Source: Phoronis australis
Lineage: Eukaryota > Animalia > Phoronida
NCBI GenBank assembly: GCA_002633005.1
Contig: NMRA01000921.1
Span: 1 to 64,000 of the forward strand
DNA length: 64,000 nt
Direction of reading: 5' to 3'
The notes beneath the pieces are model-generated. The model did no database searches. It worked only from the letters and a program-made list of their open reading frames with translations, and was not told the DNA's origin. Both the position numbers and the translations under genes were made by a program. Positions 1-11,645 of this stretch are shown here, one piece after another. The number at the start of each line of letters is the position of its first letter. Position 1 is the first letter of the stretch.

Positions 1-743
1 ATATACCGTAAATCCTCACAACATGGGCGCATTTACCTCATTGGCAGAGCTGTTCCGGATTGCAGAGCTTATGCGCATGCGCCTACATGCGAAACGTTTG
101 AGTAGAGCTTGCCCAGATTATGTTACGCCGAATAAAGGCGCAGTGAATCAGAAATTTCGGGCTCGACTTATACACTGTTGATTTGTATAGACAGAAGTCG
201 ATTTGTACACTGTTGATTTGTATAGACAGAAGTCGATTTGTTAGCAAACCTTTTTGAAAATGGTTGATAGTCAAGCTATTTTTACGTAACGTATAGAAAT
301 TGTTTATTGTTAAACATGTCTTGTATTTCCAAGCTAAAATTATAAATTTCAAAATCAAATATTTTTATCCTTTAACGCTATTCTTGACTTTTTATTTCAC
401 CCAAACTTTCACTGACGACACACGCTGTGTGAAATACAAGGGTTACGTTCATTTTTACAATATTCAAGCTGAGCCTAATCGCGGAGTTTAGTCGCATGCG
501 CTAATATGCGAAACATTTCAGTAGTAGAATATCACGAAAAAACGTTTTTTCAAATAAAGGAGATTGTGCTTAGCTCTGGTATTTTTAAGGGTCTGTTCAT
601 TTAAAGATCTATGGTAATTACGGTAACATATATTTTCACGGTACAGGTGGTCAGTAAGTTATTGCAATGAAAGGAATGTAAGTTGTATACGTTGGAAAAG
701 AAAAGATTAGCCATATACCACCAGCTTTGTTAAATTAAGGACA

Positions 744-906
744 CATAGGCGGATCCATGGGGTAATAAGAGGTCCGGACCCCGATCCCTTTTTCCTCGAT
801 TTTAGTGATATCAAATCCAGAATTTTCAAATTGTTCATTTGGACCCCTTTTTTAAAAAATAATTGATCCGACCCCCCCCCTTTTAAAAAATCCTGGATCT
901 CCTTTG
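744..906. mobile_element. Short hAT-like MITE, degenerate
   Basis: Imperfect termini CATAGGCGGATCCA / TGGATCTCCTTTG with internal GGACCCC/GACCCC motifs; flanks GGACA / GAACA (5 bp, 1 mismatch). Confidence 0.45.
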
Positions 907-1046
907 GAACATATCATTCGAAGTTATTTGAGTCCCAAATATGCAGCTGAATGCGTGGTGACGTCAAGTAATTTGCTCTTCCCGGAAGTATTAATTTATC
1001 GACAAGTCTCTTCGTCTCGTGTGTATAACAGTAAAAATGAATAGAC

Positions 1047-1078
1047 CAATGAGCTATACCAGGAGAGGAGTAGAAACG
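1047..1078 (+). repeat. Left terminal inverted repeat of the P-like element
   Basis: Exact reverse complement of 11614-11645. Confidence 0.95.
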
Positions 1079-1242
1079 ACCACGACCGCCTTTGGTCCCA
1101 TCACTGCCTCGGGTTTAATCCTGCAATTATCTTTGAATTGGTTTTCACAGTTCATTACTATCGGGTCGCCAATCTCCCAGAGGGTCACGTGTATACTATT
1201 GCCCAATCACGCAGCGTTTCCGGTTGTACACAAACCAGGAAA

Positions 1243-2777
1243 ATGGCTGCCGTCGAGTACGAGGATTGTGAAATAGAGAATAATTGTATTGAATTAGATG
1301 AAGAAGTGGACTCTGAACATGAAAATGACGTCGTGTTAGATTTTACAGACTCTCTGGGTGACAGTGATACAGACAATAGCACGGAAGGTGAGTTCAACGA
1401 ATTAGTATGTTGCTATAAAATTTCCACGCCGCATGTCATGTCGGTAAATGCCGGCGAAAATGGCGAGCTAGCAGCTACAGATTATAACGATCAGCGACTG
1501 CATCACGTAGTTACGTTTGCCTTGAATTCTGAGCGCAGTTGCTTGTCTCGCTCTAAATTAGGTACACTTTGTAGTAAATGCTTAGTGACGCACGTTGTTT
1601 TGTAGCTACATTCGTGGTTTAAGCTGAATTTCGAAAACGGCGAATTACAACTAGTTAATGTTATAATTTATTTATTTACCCACTGCATTACATTGTCTGA
1701 AATCTAGGCAAATGACTGTACTTTTAGACTTGATTGTCATATTTTTAATATTAATGTAGTAATTGTTCTATATTTCATACTTTTCCAGAAAACCATCCTG
1801 TCACAATAGACAAGATTTTACTACAAGCGTCACAGCTGCTGCAGAAAGTACTAGATAAAGTAATTAATGACCCCTTGTACCTCAGCAATGCTCGTGGTCA
1901 CGAAGTGCGGAAAGCAGCAGCTGCCTTGAAGCAGGGAGACATCAGCAGTTTTGCGTACTTTATGACAAAAGAGCTGTGGGAAATTTTGGAGTGTTGCAAT
2001 GGTAGTACATTAAGTGGATACAAAAGAATGAAGATGTTCTCAAAGTTTCATGAATTTCGCACGTCCAAAGAGTTGCAGTTAAAGTATAGTGAGTTCTTAG
2101 AAAAAAATAACGTACTGTTGAATGACAATCTGTTACTTCAGGACTTGTGCTCTAAATATTTAGAAACATTGTCTGGTGTGAAGTACAAGAATGCGGAAGA
2201 ACATTCAGAAACGGCTGCTCCTTTAACTGAAGGAGAGGAGATGACTTTGCGTTATGTGGCCGGGTACATCCCTTTCAGTTTGAAGAAACGTTTTTGTCAC
2301 AGTGAGAACGTAGTTCACAGGGAATGTTATAGTGTTTTGGACAGCTGGTCCTCGGAGAGTAGTACAGCAAGCTCATTTTTGGAATACACCACTATTTGGA
2401 CGGACAGGATCAACCGTGGTGGACTCATCAAGGTGAATGATGAAGTTTATGTGTTTTTCAGGAAGATTGAACTTGTCGTTCGGTCAATACTGAACATGAA
2501 GTTTTTTAGCAGAAAAGCTCAAGTTCCTGTTGGACAGACCATTTTAGAGACTATTTTTTCATCTGAAGAAATTCAGCACGCCTGGTGTAACATAGCAAGG
2601 GACATTGAAAGTGAGGTTTTGAGTAAGTTTTTGTTTAAATCTGTTGTCAGAAAGTATGTTGCCATTCGGGGAAGTGCATTTGCTCGAGTATTAAAAAAAA
2701 GAATGGACCACAGCAAGTCAGATAGAGTATCGAGGAAAGGTGAGAAAAGTTTGAGAAAGGAGCTCCGGAATAAGTGA
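1243..2777 (+). CDS. P-element second gene, 2 exons (1243-1387, 1789-2777), 377 aa; acidic N-terminus plus domain resembling the P-transposase C-terminal domain
   Basis: ATG 1243; donor G|GTGAGT at 1388; acceptor TTTTCCAG| at 1788; the phase-1 join (GAA) is in frame with ORF 1875-2777. Motifs LRYVAGYIPFSLKK and WTDRINRGGLIKVNDEVYVFF; AATAAA at 2816 and 2885. Confidence 0.85.
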
Positions 2778-2999
2778 CATAAAGGAACATTACAGATTGT
2801 TAATAAGTAACTATAAATAAATTAGTAGTTGATCAGTACTTGAAATTGTTGTATATATATCGTCATTAATTACTTGATGTTGTAAATAAATTATATATCT
2901 ATCACTACTTGAAATTGATGTGAATGAATCATTAACATTTGTGTATCATAGTCGAACAGACTAAAACGTATACGTCATTTACTTGGTTACATACCCCTT

Positions 3000-3268
3000 C
3001 AGTGTTCTCCACAACCTGTTTTGACCCGTCACTGCATCGAGTTTAAATTTTGCCATGATAAGTTTAATAACCTGAGCAACGAGTTTGAAATATTGGGAGA
3101 TAAGCCATTTCCTAAGCAAGTTATGACATTTTGCACTTTTGGTACTAGTTCAGCGTACTTATTTTAAGACTTACCGTATGAACCCTGCACAGACATCGAC
3201 TGTTAAACACGCGTACATGAATTTTTGAAATTCAAATTGTTTTTGAATTTTTTGTATGGAGAACATTG
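3000..3268. mobile_element. hAT-like MITE nested in the P-element spacer
   Basis: Termini CAGTGTTCTCCA / TGGAGAACATTG; flanks CCCTT / TCCTT; related termini at 19992 and 20578. Confidence 0.5.
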
Positions 3269-3508
3269 TCCTTTAGCGACACAATCCAGTGGGGGATTGC
3301 AGTTAAAAAGCAACGTTATTGGTAATTTATACATGTATTGCTACATACCAAAATCCTGGCTCACAGTACATAAAAATACAATGTTCAAAGACTACCCGTC
3401 TCATCATAAGCTTATGACCCAACCATCAGACAACCCAAGCACCTCTAGTCAAACTTTAACATAAGCGCATGCATTAACCGCCATTAAATTAATCAAGGTG
3501 TCGGTTTA

Positions 3509-3703
3509 TTGTCTGGTCACACTATAGACTACTCTGGTGTTCAGATCTTGGACAAGGATAATGCAATGAGCTATACCAGGTATAGCTCTTTGGATAATGC
3601 CACCCTCAGGCTCCTCATAAAGGAGGCTATGTATATAGGGTTGAATCTTGCTGACTGCTATCTCAATAGAAACATTTGTTCATATGAGCTCCAGCTGTTC
3701 TGA
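3509..3703 (+). pseudogene. Penelope-like GIY-YIG endonuclease C-terminal fragment
   Basis: After removing the 29-bp footprint and one TSD copy it reads GHTIDYSGVQILDKDNATLRLLIKEAMYI...LNRN, the H..d...IL...EA.yI...lNr pattern at the end of PLE endonucleases. Confidence 0.6.
3564..3592. mobile_element. 29-bp P-element excision footprint with 7-bp TSD GATAATG
   Basis: CAATGAGCTATACCAGGTATAGCTCTTTG = fused outer TIR ends (one mismatch); GATAATG at 3557-3563 and 3593-3599. Confidence 0.88.
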
Positions 3704-3777
3704 TTTCTGATTACTTCCCTTTCAATGCATTTTGACGTGTATCTGTACAGTCTGTTTTCCACCAGTGTTACCTGATA

Positions 3778-3806
3778 CAATGAGCTATACCAGGTATAGC
3801 TCATTG
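3778..3806. mobile_element. 29-bp P-element excision footprint with 7-bp TSD CCTGATA
   Basis: CAATGAGCTATACCAGGTATAGCTCATTG; CCTGATA at 3771-3777 and 3807-3813. Confidence 0.9.
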
Positions 3807-4003
3807 CCTGATAGGAATGTGAACGTTTGTCTTAAGAATGGCTTAGTGACGATAAACCAAAATGTCGATTAATACAATGTCGTTTACATATGCGCTGATA
3901 TTAAAGTTTATACTCATATTTTGGTCAAAACAATTGTGATCCTTCTTGTCATCACCTTGTCAAAGTGTACTAAGTACATGTATGCTAATAATATTGGTTT
4001 TCA

Positions 4004-7000
4004 TTATTGTGATGGCCGTGGTCTCTTTGGAATCGGGGTATCATCTACGGTTATGTTTAACCTGCGCCCAGCTCCTCTTTGACAGTTACCCGTAACTGGG
4101 TGAATACTAAATTGTCCAACAACTTGAAAGACTTGTTCATTATTGGTGAATTGTTGAAGTGTTGGGGCAGAATTTGTGCCACATGCTTTCCTATGTTTAG
4201 CAAAATGCTGTTCGATGTTATCTTGGCAGCAAATCCTCTCACTCAGGATGTATTCTACCCCTGGTTCACTCAGAAGTTCCTTACATAAGCCTGGAAACGC
4301 CTTTCCTGAAAAATAAGAAACAGTACATAAAAGAAAAAATGGGAACTGTTTGTTACTTGATGTACTTATGTTCTGGTAAAAATGGACATTGCTAAATTTT
4401 GATTAAAACAATGAAAACGTCTTAATTCTTTTGTTATATAAAGAATAAAAAACCTAACTTCTTTAAAAAAATACATCTCTGCTTGTAGCTCATTCTTACT
4501 CTAGAAAATTGTAAGACAGGAAATTCTACTTCAAGAATAAATTGCTTCTGAACAGTATGAAGTTGCAAGCTTATTGCCTTGTAACTGTTATTCAATAAAG
4601 GATGTCCTATTTTTTTAAATTTTATAACTGAACAGATCAACTAAAGGAAAGCAAGGCATGACATGCCAACAGTAAAACTCGCAGGACTCGATTAAGTCCG
4701 ATCTTCACTTAACTAGGACAAAGCTCGGTAGAACTGCATCTATTTCCTAATAACACCCAACAGATGAATTCACTTTCGCCCCATTCAGACGAATTAAAAA
4801 TTTCCCTGCACCATCGGATCAAACTTAAGTTCTACTGCAACAACAAATACTGATTTACCTGTAATACGCCACCCTTCAAGAGTTTCTCGACTCAAACAGC
4901 ATCTACTTCGTTCATCTTTCGAAAGGTTTGGAATATGACTTATTTCATCTTCCCATTGATTGAGCCACTGTAAGAACTCCTCGATCCACTGCAAAACATG
5001 AATCACGAGAGGAATGCTCAATAAGATGCGACCACCGAAAAAAACAGTATGCACTTCAAAATAGTAACTATTTGACAAAACCAAAATGCAATGTTTTCAT
5101 TTCTCGCATGAAATGGTGTTTTACTTGTCTGTGCATACTGGGTTCACAGAAAGAAACGGTATCATACCCAAATTGTCATTACAATTGTATACATAAACTT
5201 ACTAATGACTAATGAATCACTGAATTAAGATGTAACGGGAATAACTTACTTTAAAGCGGAAGTCATCGACATGTCTGTAGGCATACTTAAAAACTTTGTT
5301 CGAATTCCTCCCTTCGTACAGGCTCCTGACATTTAAGCAGTCAAACATCTTGTCAATCATTCGAACAAACTCTATGCAAGACGTCAGTTGTGGATGACCT
5401 TGCAGCTCCAAAATAAGGGCAACGGTTTCACTTAAAACCTAGAAGATATCAAATTGAAAAACATCTAAAAAACGATTTTCAAGACTAATAAAACTCGCCT
5501 CAGTCGGATCCAACCAGGCTGAGAGATTTTGTCCCAGTTAGGCAAATCCATTTTTTCTCTTGAGCTAACTTTGTAAAGAGAACTGCTCGGGTGCAGCAAA
5601 GATCCAAATCATGGACGTGCGACGTTCAGGAGAGATTACTGAAAATGAACATTGCAAGAACTATATACATGATTTTTTAATAATAGTTTTGGCCATATAA
5701 TAGAAATAAGACATGAGCATGGTCAGGAAACATATTACCGAATACTTTATCATACACAGTACTCTACCTGGGCTGCAAGGTGGACTCTCATTCTTGAATA
5801 AGACCTAAGGTCGATATGGTCTTGAGTAAGTTTATTAAGCAGCATGAAACCAGGAACTGCTGGATTCCGCATCAGGTCACCATAGTACGCATTTGTGAGC
5901 TGTGTCCAGCGAATTGGCTTACCATGAAGCTGCAAAAGTATGTTAATACTAATGAGAAAATCATTTTGCAATAAGGCTGTAATAAAAGCAAGTTTGAACT
6001 TGGACACTTTCGTGTCATCCATGTAACCATGTTCACACATATAAGAACCCGTGTTTTTATCAAAGTTGAATAAAGAACATGTCACGTTAGTGTTCAACAA
6101 TTCAGTTCTTTCTATAAGATGATGAATTTTGACTTTGAGAAAGGTCAATGAGAACAGGTAGCTGTTCCTCCTCATATACCTATTTGACCAGGATGAAAAA
6201 AATTAAAGCAACGACGTTTAGGTGCATTAAAATATTAGTTTTTCACAGAGAGTACTTAAACTATAACATACCACCATATTTCTAGTATTCTTGTTGCCTC
6301 CTGAATTTTCCCAGCAGTTTCGAGTAGTCTTCACCAGATGAGGCGCATCGGCAATGAAGTACAGGTATCTTGTGGTGGGAGCATATATGTTGACTGTCCT
6401 ATAAACAACAGCATTCTGTGCATCTGCTGGTAGCTTGTGCATACGATAAAAACGGCGGTTTGGTGTAGCTCCATCACAAACTGTAGCTCTAACCTTTAAA
6501 CCGTGGGTTTCCAGAGCACGTACACATTCCCACACGACAGGGTAAAGCTGGTCCGAATTAAAACCAACACATGGATAGTGGGCAACGGAAAAACAGTACG
6601 AATCTGTAATACCCTGTGCCATGAACAGCAACACGTGTGTAGCAATCTGAGGCAAGACCTCGCCGCTCTCGATGTTTGCAGCAAACGCAGCCAACTGTTC
6701 ATTAAATGAGCCCGTGTTGCACTGACCGATTACTTTTCCTGTGGCCTTTGAATATACTAGGTCTGCCTTTACTTTCATTTCGTCAAAAATGAGCACAACA
6801 TTTCGTTTGTGCTCAGGCAAAGAGTCAAATTTAATGCTGTTCAATTGCTGTGACAAAAATTTCACATCTACCACCCCATTGTCCAATGACATGTGGTGTT
6901 CATAATCAAACAATGTTCTTGTGGATGGCAAGAACAGAAAGCCTGAATTTTTTATAAAATCGTATGCTGCCTTAGATAGATTTTTTAGCTGTAGGCACCA

Positions 7001-9183
7001 CTTTAACATCATAGGATGCCACTTCATGCTCTTGCTATTTTGAAGTTCCAACATCTTTTTCTGTTCTTTCCACAACAGCATCTGCACAGAGTCTTTTTCA
7101 ACTTTGTCAGTTAGCTGTGCCTCATTTTCAGATAGTATCGTTTTAAGACACTGGTGCACTTCCTCTGATACCTCCACGCCTTCCTCTATAATTGCTTTAC
7201 TTACTCGCTCTGTCAGTCGCTTGTTGTTTCGCTTTTCCATTTTTTCGTTGTGTTTAATGTTTGTGCATCGTTCCTCTAACTCGTCCCTGCTTAAATAGCT
7301 TAAGCCAGTTTTGGAACTGGCTGAGGTGCGTTGCGAACGGTTTTCTTTCGCACTGCGATGTAACTTGTTCCTCAGCACAGCTCTGTACTTAACACAGCTT
7401 GAACACTTGGTTCCATTAATGAGCACAGGACAGTCCTCATGACGAATCGTGCGACTATAAACTTGGCCACTGAAGACTCGAAACAATTTGCACTCCCTAG
7501 CCACAACTTTTCTATTTGTGTCATAAAAAACTGCATCACCCTCCCCTTGACAACACACTTCAAAAAACTTGTCCTCTGGGTTTCCTGGACATACAGTCGC
7601 AAACAATGCAGTTCTGAAGAGAGGCTCACAGGTTTGCAGTAATCTTGGAACCTTCCTCAGGCAGTTGCTGTGAGTGACACTTTTGCCAAGTGCTTCAGCT
7701 TCCCATGAAGTATCGTTATTGACCGTAAACAAATGCGAGAAGATGGGCTGTCTAAAGCTGTTGATTCGCTCAAATGACTGGAGCTTTCCAAATGTGACAG
7801 AATTTTGCGCATCAGAAATTTCGATCAGTCCAAACTGACTAGCTTCCTTGCGAGCTTTAGTAAGAAATGCATCGGTACTAGTAGGCGAAATCAGCTCCTC
7901 CTAAAAAGCACAAAAAACACTATCTGAAGTTGAGTAGTAACATTTGGCACATAATACAAGATTAAAAAGAAGTGTTGCTTATGAAAACTGAAACCAGTTT
8001 CTGAGTGAGGAATCCACGACCGAAAATTTTAGCATACACAATACTTCACCTATACAAGCTTTTCTGAACAAGATAAAATATACTCTACCTCACAATGTTC
8101 ATTTGAAGGTTGCAGTAACTCATGACACTCCACTGCAAGTGTTTTAGAGCCATCTGCTTCTGGTTCATCTCTGACCGCTAGCGCTCCAGACTGACTTTGT
8201 TCAGGTGACAAGAATTCGTCAACCTAAGAAAAAATGTTGAATCAAAAATTTAGGTGGGACAAGCACATATTCAGACTACGTTTACCAAGTATAACTAATT
8301 TAATAAGAAAAATACAGTAGTAGCCGCTTTATAAACCCACATAGCAAGGAATCAGTTGTATTAACCAGCTGGACTTTTACCCAGCAGATATTAATGTTTT
8401 TTACCACATTTTGGCTTAAGTGATTGAATGGACTTTTTAACTACAGATTTATAAAGTGACGGCCACTGTAATAAAACAGAAGTATAACTGACAGCAACGT
8501 GAAACGATCTGAATGAGATCTTTACATCAACATTTTTCTGGTACAACAAGGGCGATTAATTTGACTTGGCAGTATCTTTTGGGTATGGATTTTAGTATTG
8601 TGCCAAGCAAGGATTTTAACTACCTTGGGAATGGGTTTTAAAAAATCACCACCACATTGGGAACCCTGTCGAGGTATTGTGCTTATCTGGATTTGAACTT
8701 CTCAACGACACACCCATTTTGTTTTTTAAAGGGAACATGCCCTGGCATCATTGGAATAGCATGAACTTATACCAATATACCTCATTTCCAGTCTGCGAAG
8801 ATGCATCAGACACATTTTCACTGGCAACCTTTAGCTGCAAGGCACCGTCAGTTTCAGATTCTGTTGATGAATCAGCGCGTGATACCTAAAGAAATATAAC
8901 ATTTAGTTGAGTGATAAATCACTAGCTACAACAGTGAAAATTAATGAAATAATCCAGGAGCACGATTGTGTAATAAAAGGAGAGATATGGTAATTATAAG
9001 CACGAAAGCTAAGTTTTCTTTCAATTGATCAGAAAATGAGTTATACCAGCAGTAGTGCATTGGAAATTACTTCAAGACAAAATATAGCACAATAATTACC
9101 TCAGTCTCGGGTTTCTTTAAAATGTTTCCATTGTCAATGTATGTTCGTTTCTTCCTGTAAGTCAAACCTCTCCGTTTGCCCAT
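4004..9183 (-). CDS. P-element/THAP9-type DDE transposase, 8 coding exons (9183-9100, 8885-8781, 8223-8089, 7900-6272, 5929-5768, 5438-5250, 4988-4859, 4305-4004), 911 aa
   Basis: All introns GT-AG, and the joined frame is open (2736 nt). Motifs KWHPMMLKWCL..S..AY...LPS.RTL, IFDEM (D1), VCDGA (D2), DAPHLVKTTRN, MRVHLAAQVLS, FDCLN, QDNIEQHF (E); ends DDTPIPKRPRPSQ*. The first three short exons are less certain than the catalytic ones. Confidence 0.88.
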
Positions 9184-9439
9184 TCTGAAACAGCAAGCAG
9201 TTGGCAATTAAAGCTTGATACCTTTGAACCTCTTTATGTTATTAGTAAGCAAAAGACATTCATTCAATGAAAACAGATACAAGTAAAACCTTATATTATT
9301 TAAAAGTAATACAAAAGTTTAACACTAATAGCAATGTGCGGGAGTAAATTTGAATATTTTTGAGCCACTACACATATAGGGTAAGACATTCCGCATGACA
9401 CGCATAATGTTTTTGCAATGTCAATATTACTGCTTTCTT

Positions 9440-10950
9440 GGTGAACTAAGAATAAAAAAGCACAAACTTGCTGGGAAAATTCTGGAGGTATTACATAAAC
9501 CATGAAGGACGCGACCAGAGGAACAGATGTGGAGACTACTTAGTTCGGAGCCAGCCCACTAGACTACATGTATTCTATACAAACCAATCTTAATTCAATC
9601 ACTTTTATTGCATACCAGGTGAGCCAAGGATCATAAAAAGCACAAACATGAAGGGATTTCTTACTCTGGGAAAATTCTGGAGGTATTAAATATACCATGA
9701 AGGACCCGACCACTGGAGCGGATGTTGGGAATTATTTAGTTCAGAGCCAGCCTACAAGAGACGCAGCATAGACTATTCTATATGCAGCAATCTTAATGCA
9801 ATCACTTTTAGTGCATTCCTAGTGAGCCAAGGATCATAAAAAGCACAAACATGAAGGGCTGTCTTACTCTGGGAAAATTCTGGAGGTATTAAATATACCA
9901 TGAAGGACCCGACCACAGGAGCGGATGTTGGGAATTATTTAGTTCGGAGCCAGCCTACAAGAGACCCAGCATAGTCCATTCTATATACAGCAATCTTAAT
10001 GCAATCACTTTTAGTGCATTCCTAGTGAGCCAAGGATCATAAAAAGCACAAACATGAAGGGCTGTCTTACTCTGGGAAAATTCTGGAGGTATTAAATATA
10101 CCATGAAGGACCCGACCACAGGAGCGGATTTTGAGAATTATTTAGTTCAGAGCCAGCCTACAAGAGACCAACCATAGTCTATTCTATATACAGCAATCTT
10201 AATGCAATCACTTTTAGTGCATTCCTAGTGAGCCAAGGATCATAAAAAGCACAAACATGAAGGGCTGTCTTACTCTGGGAAAATTCTGGAGGTATTAAAT
10301 ATACCATGAAGGACCCGACCACAGGAGCGGATGTTGAGAATTATTTAGTTCAGAGCCAGCCTACAAGAGACCAACCATAGTCTAGTCTATATGCAGCAAT
10401 CTTAATGCAATCACTTTAAGTGCATTCCTAGTGAACCAAGGATCACAAAAAGCACAAATATGCTGTTTTTTTTTACTTTGGGAAAAATCTGGAGGTATTA
10501 AACATACCAGGAAGGACGTGATGAGAGGAATGGATATGGAAACAATTTAGTTCAGAACCAGTGTACTAGATACCCAACATAGTCCATTCTATACTCACCA
10601 ATCTTAACCTTTAGTATATTCCTGGTGAAGCAAGGATCCCAAAAAACAGTAACATATTGGGTTTCCTTACTTGGGGAAAATTCTGGAGGTATTAAATGCA
10701 TCAAGGACACAACGAGAGGAACCGATGCTGACACTGGTCAGCTGGGAACCAGCCTACCAGAGACCCAAAATAGTGTTTTATGTACTCAAGGACCTTAATG
10801 TAATTACTTTAATTGCACTCCTGATGAGCCGAGGATCACAAAAAGCACAAATGTTTTGGTCTTTCTTCCTTGGGGAAAAAATCTGGAGGTTAGACATAGA
10901 AGGAACGACGCGAAGAGAGGAAATGAGAATATTTAGTTCTGAACCACAGG
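9440..10950. repeat. Tandem array of about 203-bp units (about 8 copies) inside the P element, upstream of the transposase ATG
   Basis: Anchor GGGAAAA(T/A)TCTGGAGGT recurs at about 9473, 9668, 9871, 10074, 10277, 10480, 10674 and 10873; central copies nearly identical, edge copies diverged. Confidence 0.9.
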
Positions 10951-11519
10951 CAGTCTAGGTAGAATCAGCAAAGGCCACATACAAACAGGCATTTTAACGC
11001 AACATACCACTTCCAGTGCAGTATTCCTAGTTTACTGTTTAAAAAAGTATACTTATGCCAAAAACTTTGCTCCTTCTCAGCAAAACGAATATAGTTGAAA
11101 ATTCGTGTGCCATGTCAAAATGGCAGCAAAGTGGTGTAGTCGGAGAACCACTCACCATATGCTAACTTTTTCTACCCTTCATTTGTTCAACCTACTTTTA
11201 ATTCAAGTAACAGGATTAAATCAATCTTAACATTAACAACCACGAATAACAGTCAAACACGAGTAAGCCTAAGCGTGTTCACTAAGACATTACCTCAATC
11301 ACGACGGCTGAATTCTACAGATTTTGATAAAAAGAGGAAAAATCTCACCTTCTTAATCACTTCGAAGCAACGCAGGACATTGACGATCTTTCGCACTTGG
11401 TGCAAGTTGACTGACTTCAAATAAATCGAGAATCTTCAATCGTCTTGAAATATCAACTTTCTAATCGATCACACAATAAAACAAAATGGCTTCCACGCTT
11501 ACTTTCTACGATTGTCGTC

Positions 11520-11592
11520 AAGCACGTGACCGTAACAGAGTGCGAACATCAAAGGACACCGAATTCAATAGAGCAGCGCGCTGTGATTGGCC
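11520..11592 (-). promoter_or_regulatory. Putative transposase promoter elements (CCAAT box, E-box)
   Basis: ATTGG at 11586-11590 (CCAAT on minus) and CACGTG at 11523-11528 just inside the right TIR, mirrored by CACGTG 1186 and CCAAT 1203 inside the left TIR. Confidence 0.35.
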
Positions 11593-11613
11593 AGTTTTGC
11601 TGGCTATTGAAAC

Positions 11614-11645
11614 CGTTTCTACTCCTCTCCTGGTATAGCTCATTG
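11614..11645 (-). repeat. Right terminal inverted repeat of the P-like element
   Basis: CGTTTCTACTCCTCTCCTGGTATAGCTCATTG, exact reverse complement of 1047-1078. Confidence 0.95.

Larger units (their letters stand above)
1047..11645 (-). mobile_element. Autonomous-looking P-superfamily DNA transposon (10.6 kb) with two convergent genes
   Basis: Perfect 32-bp TIR CAATGAGCTATACCAGGAGAGGAGTAGAAACG at 1047-1078 and its reverse complement at 11614-11645; CA...TG ends; encloses a P-type transposase and a second gene. No TSD visible (AATAGAC vs GCTTGAA). Confidence 0.92.

Noticed and set aside
171-240. 35-bp direct tandem duplication
   Set aside because: Two copies only, no spacers or associated structure; ordinary slippage.
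1138-1605. 155-aa ORF as a standalone gene
   Set aside because: Only 1243-1387 is exonic in my model; the rest reads through a strong GTGAGT donor into intron.
9440-10950. CRISPR-like regular repeats
   Set aside because: Whole units repeat with no unique spacers; eukaryotic context and no cas genes.
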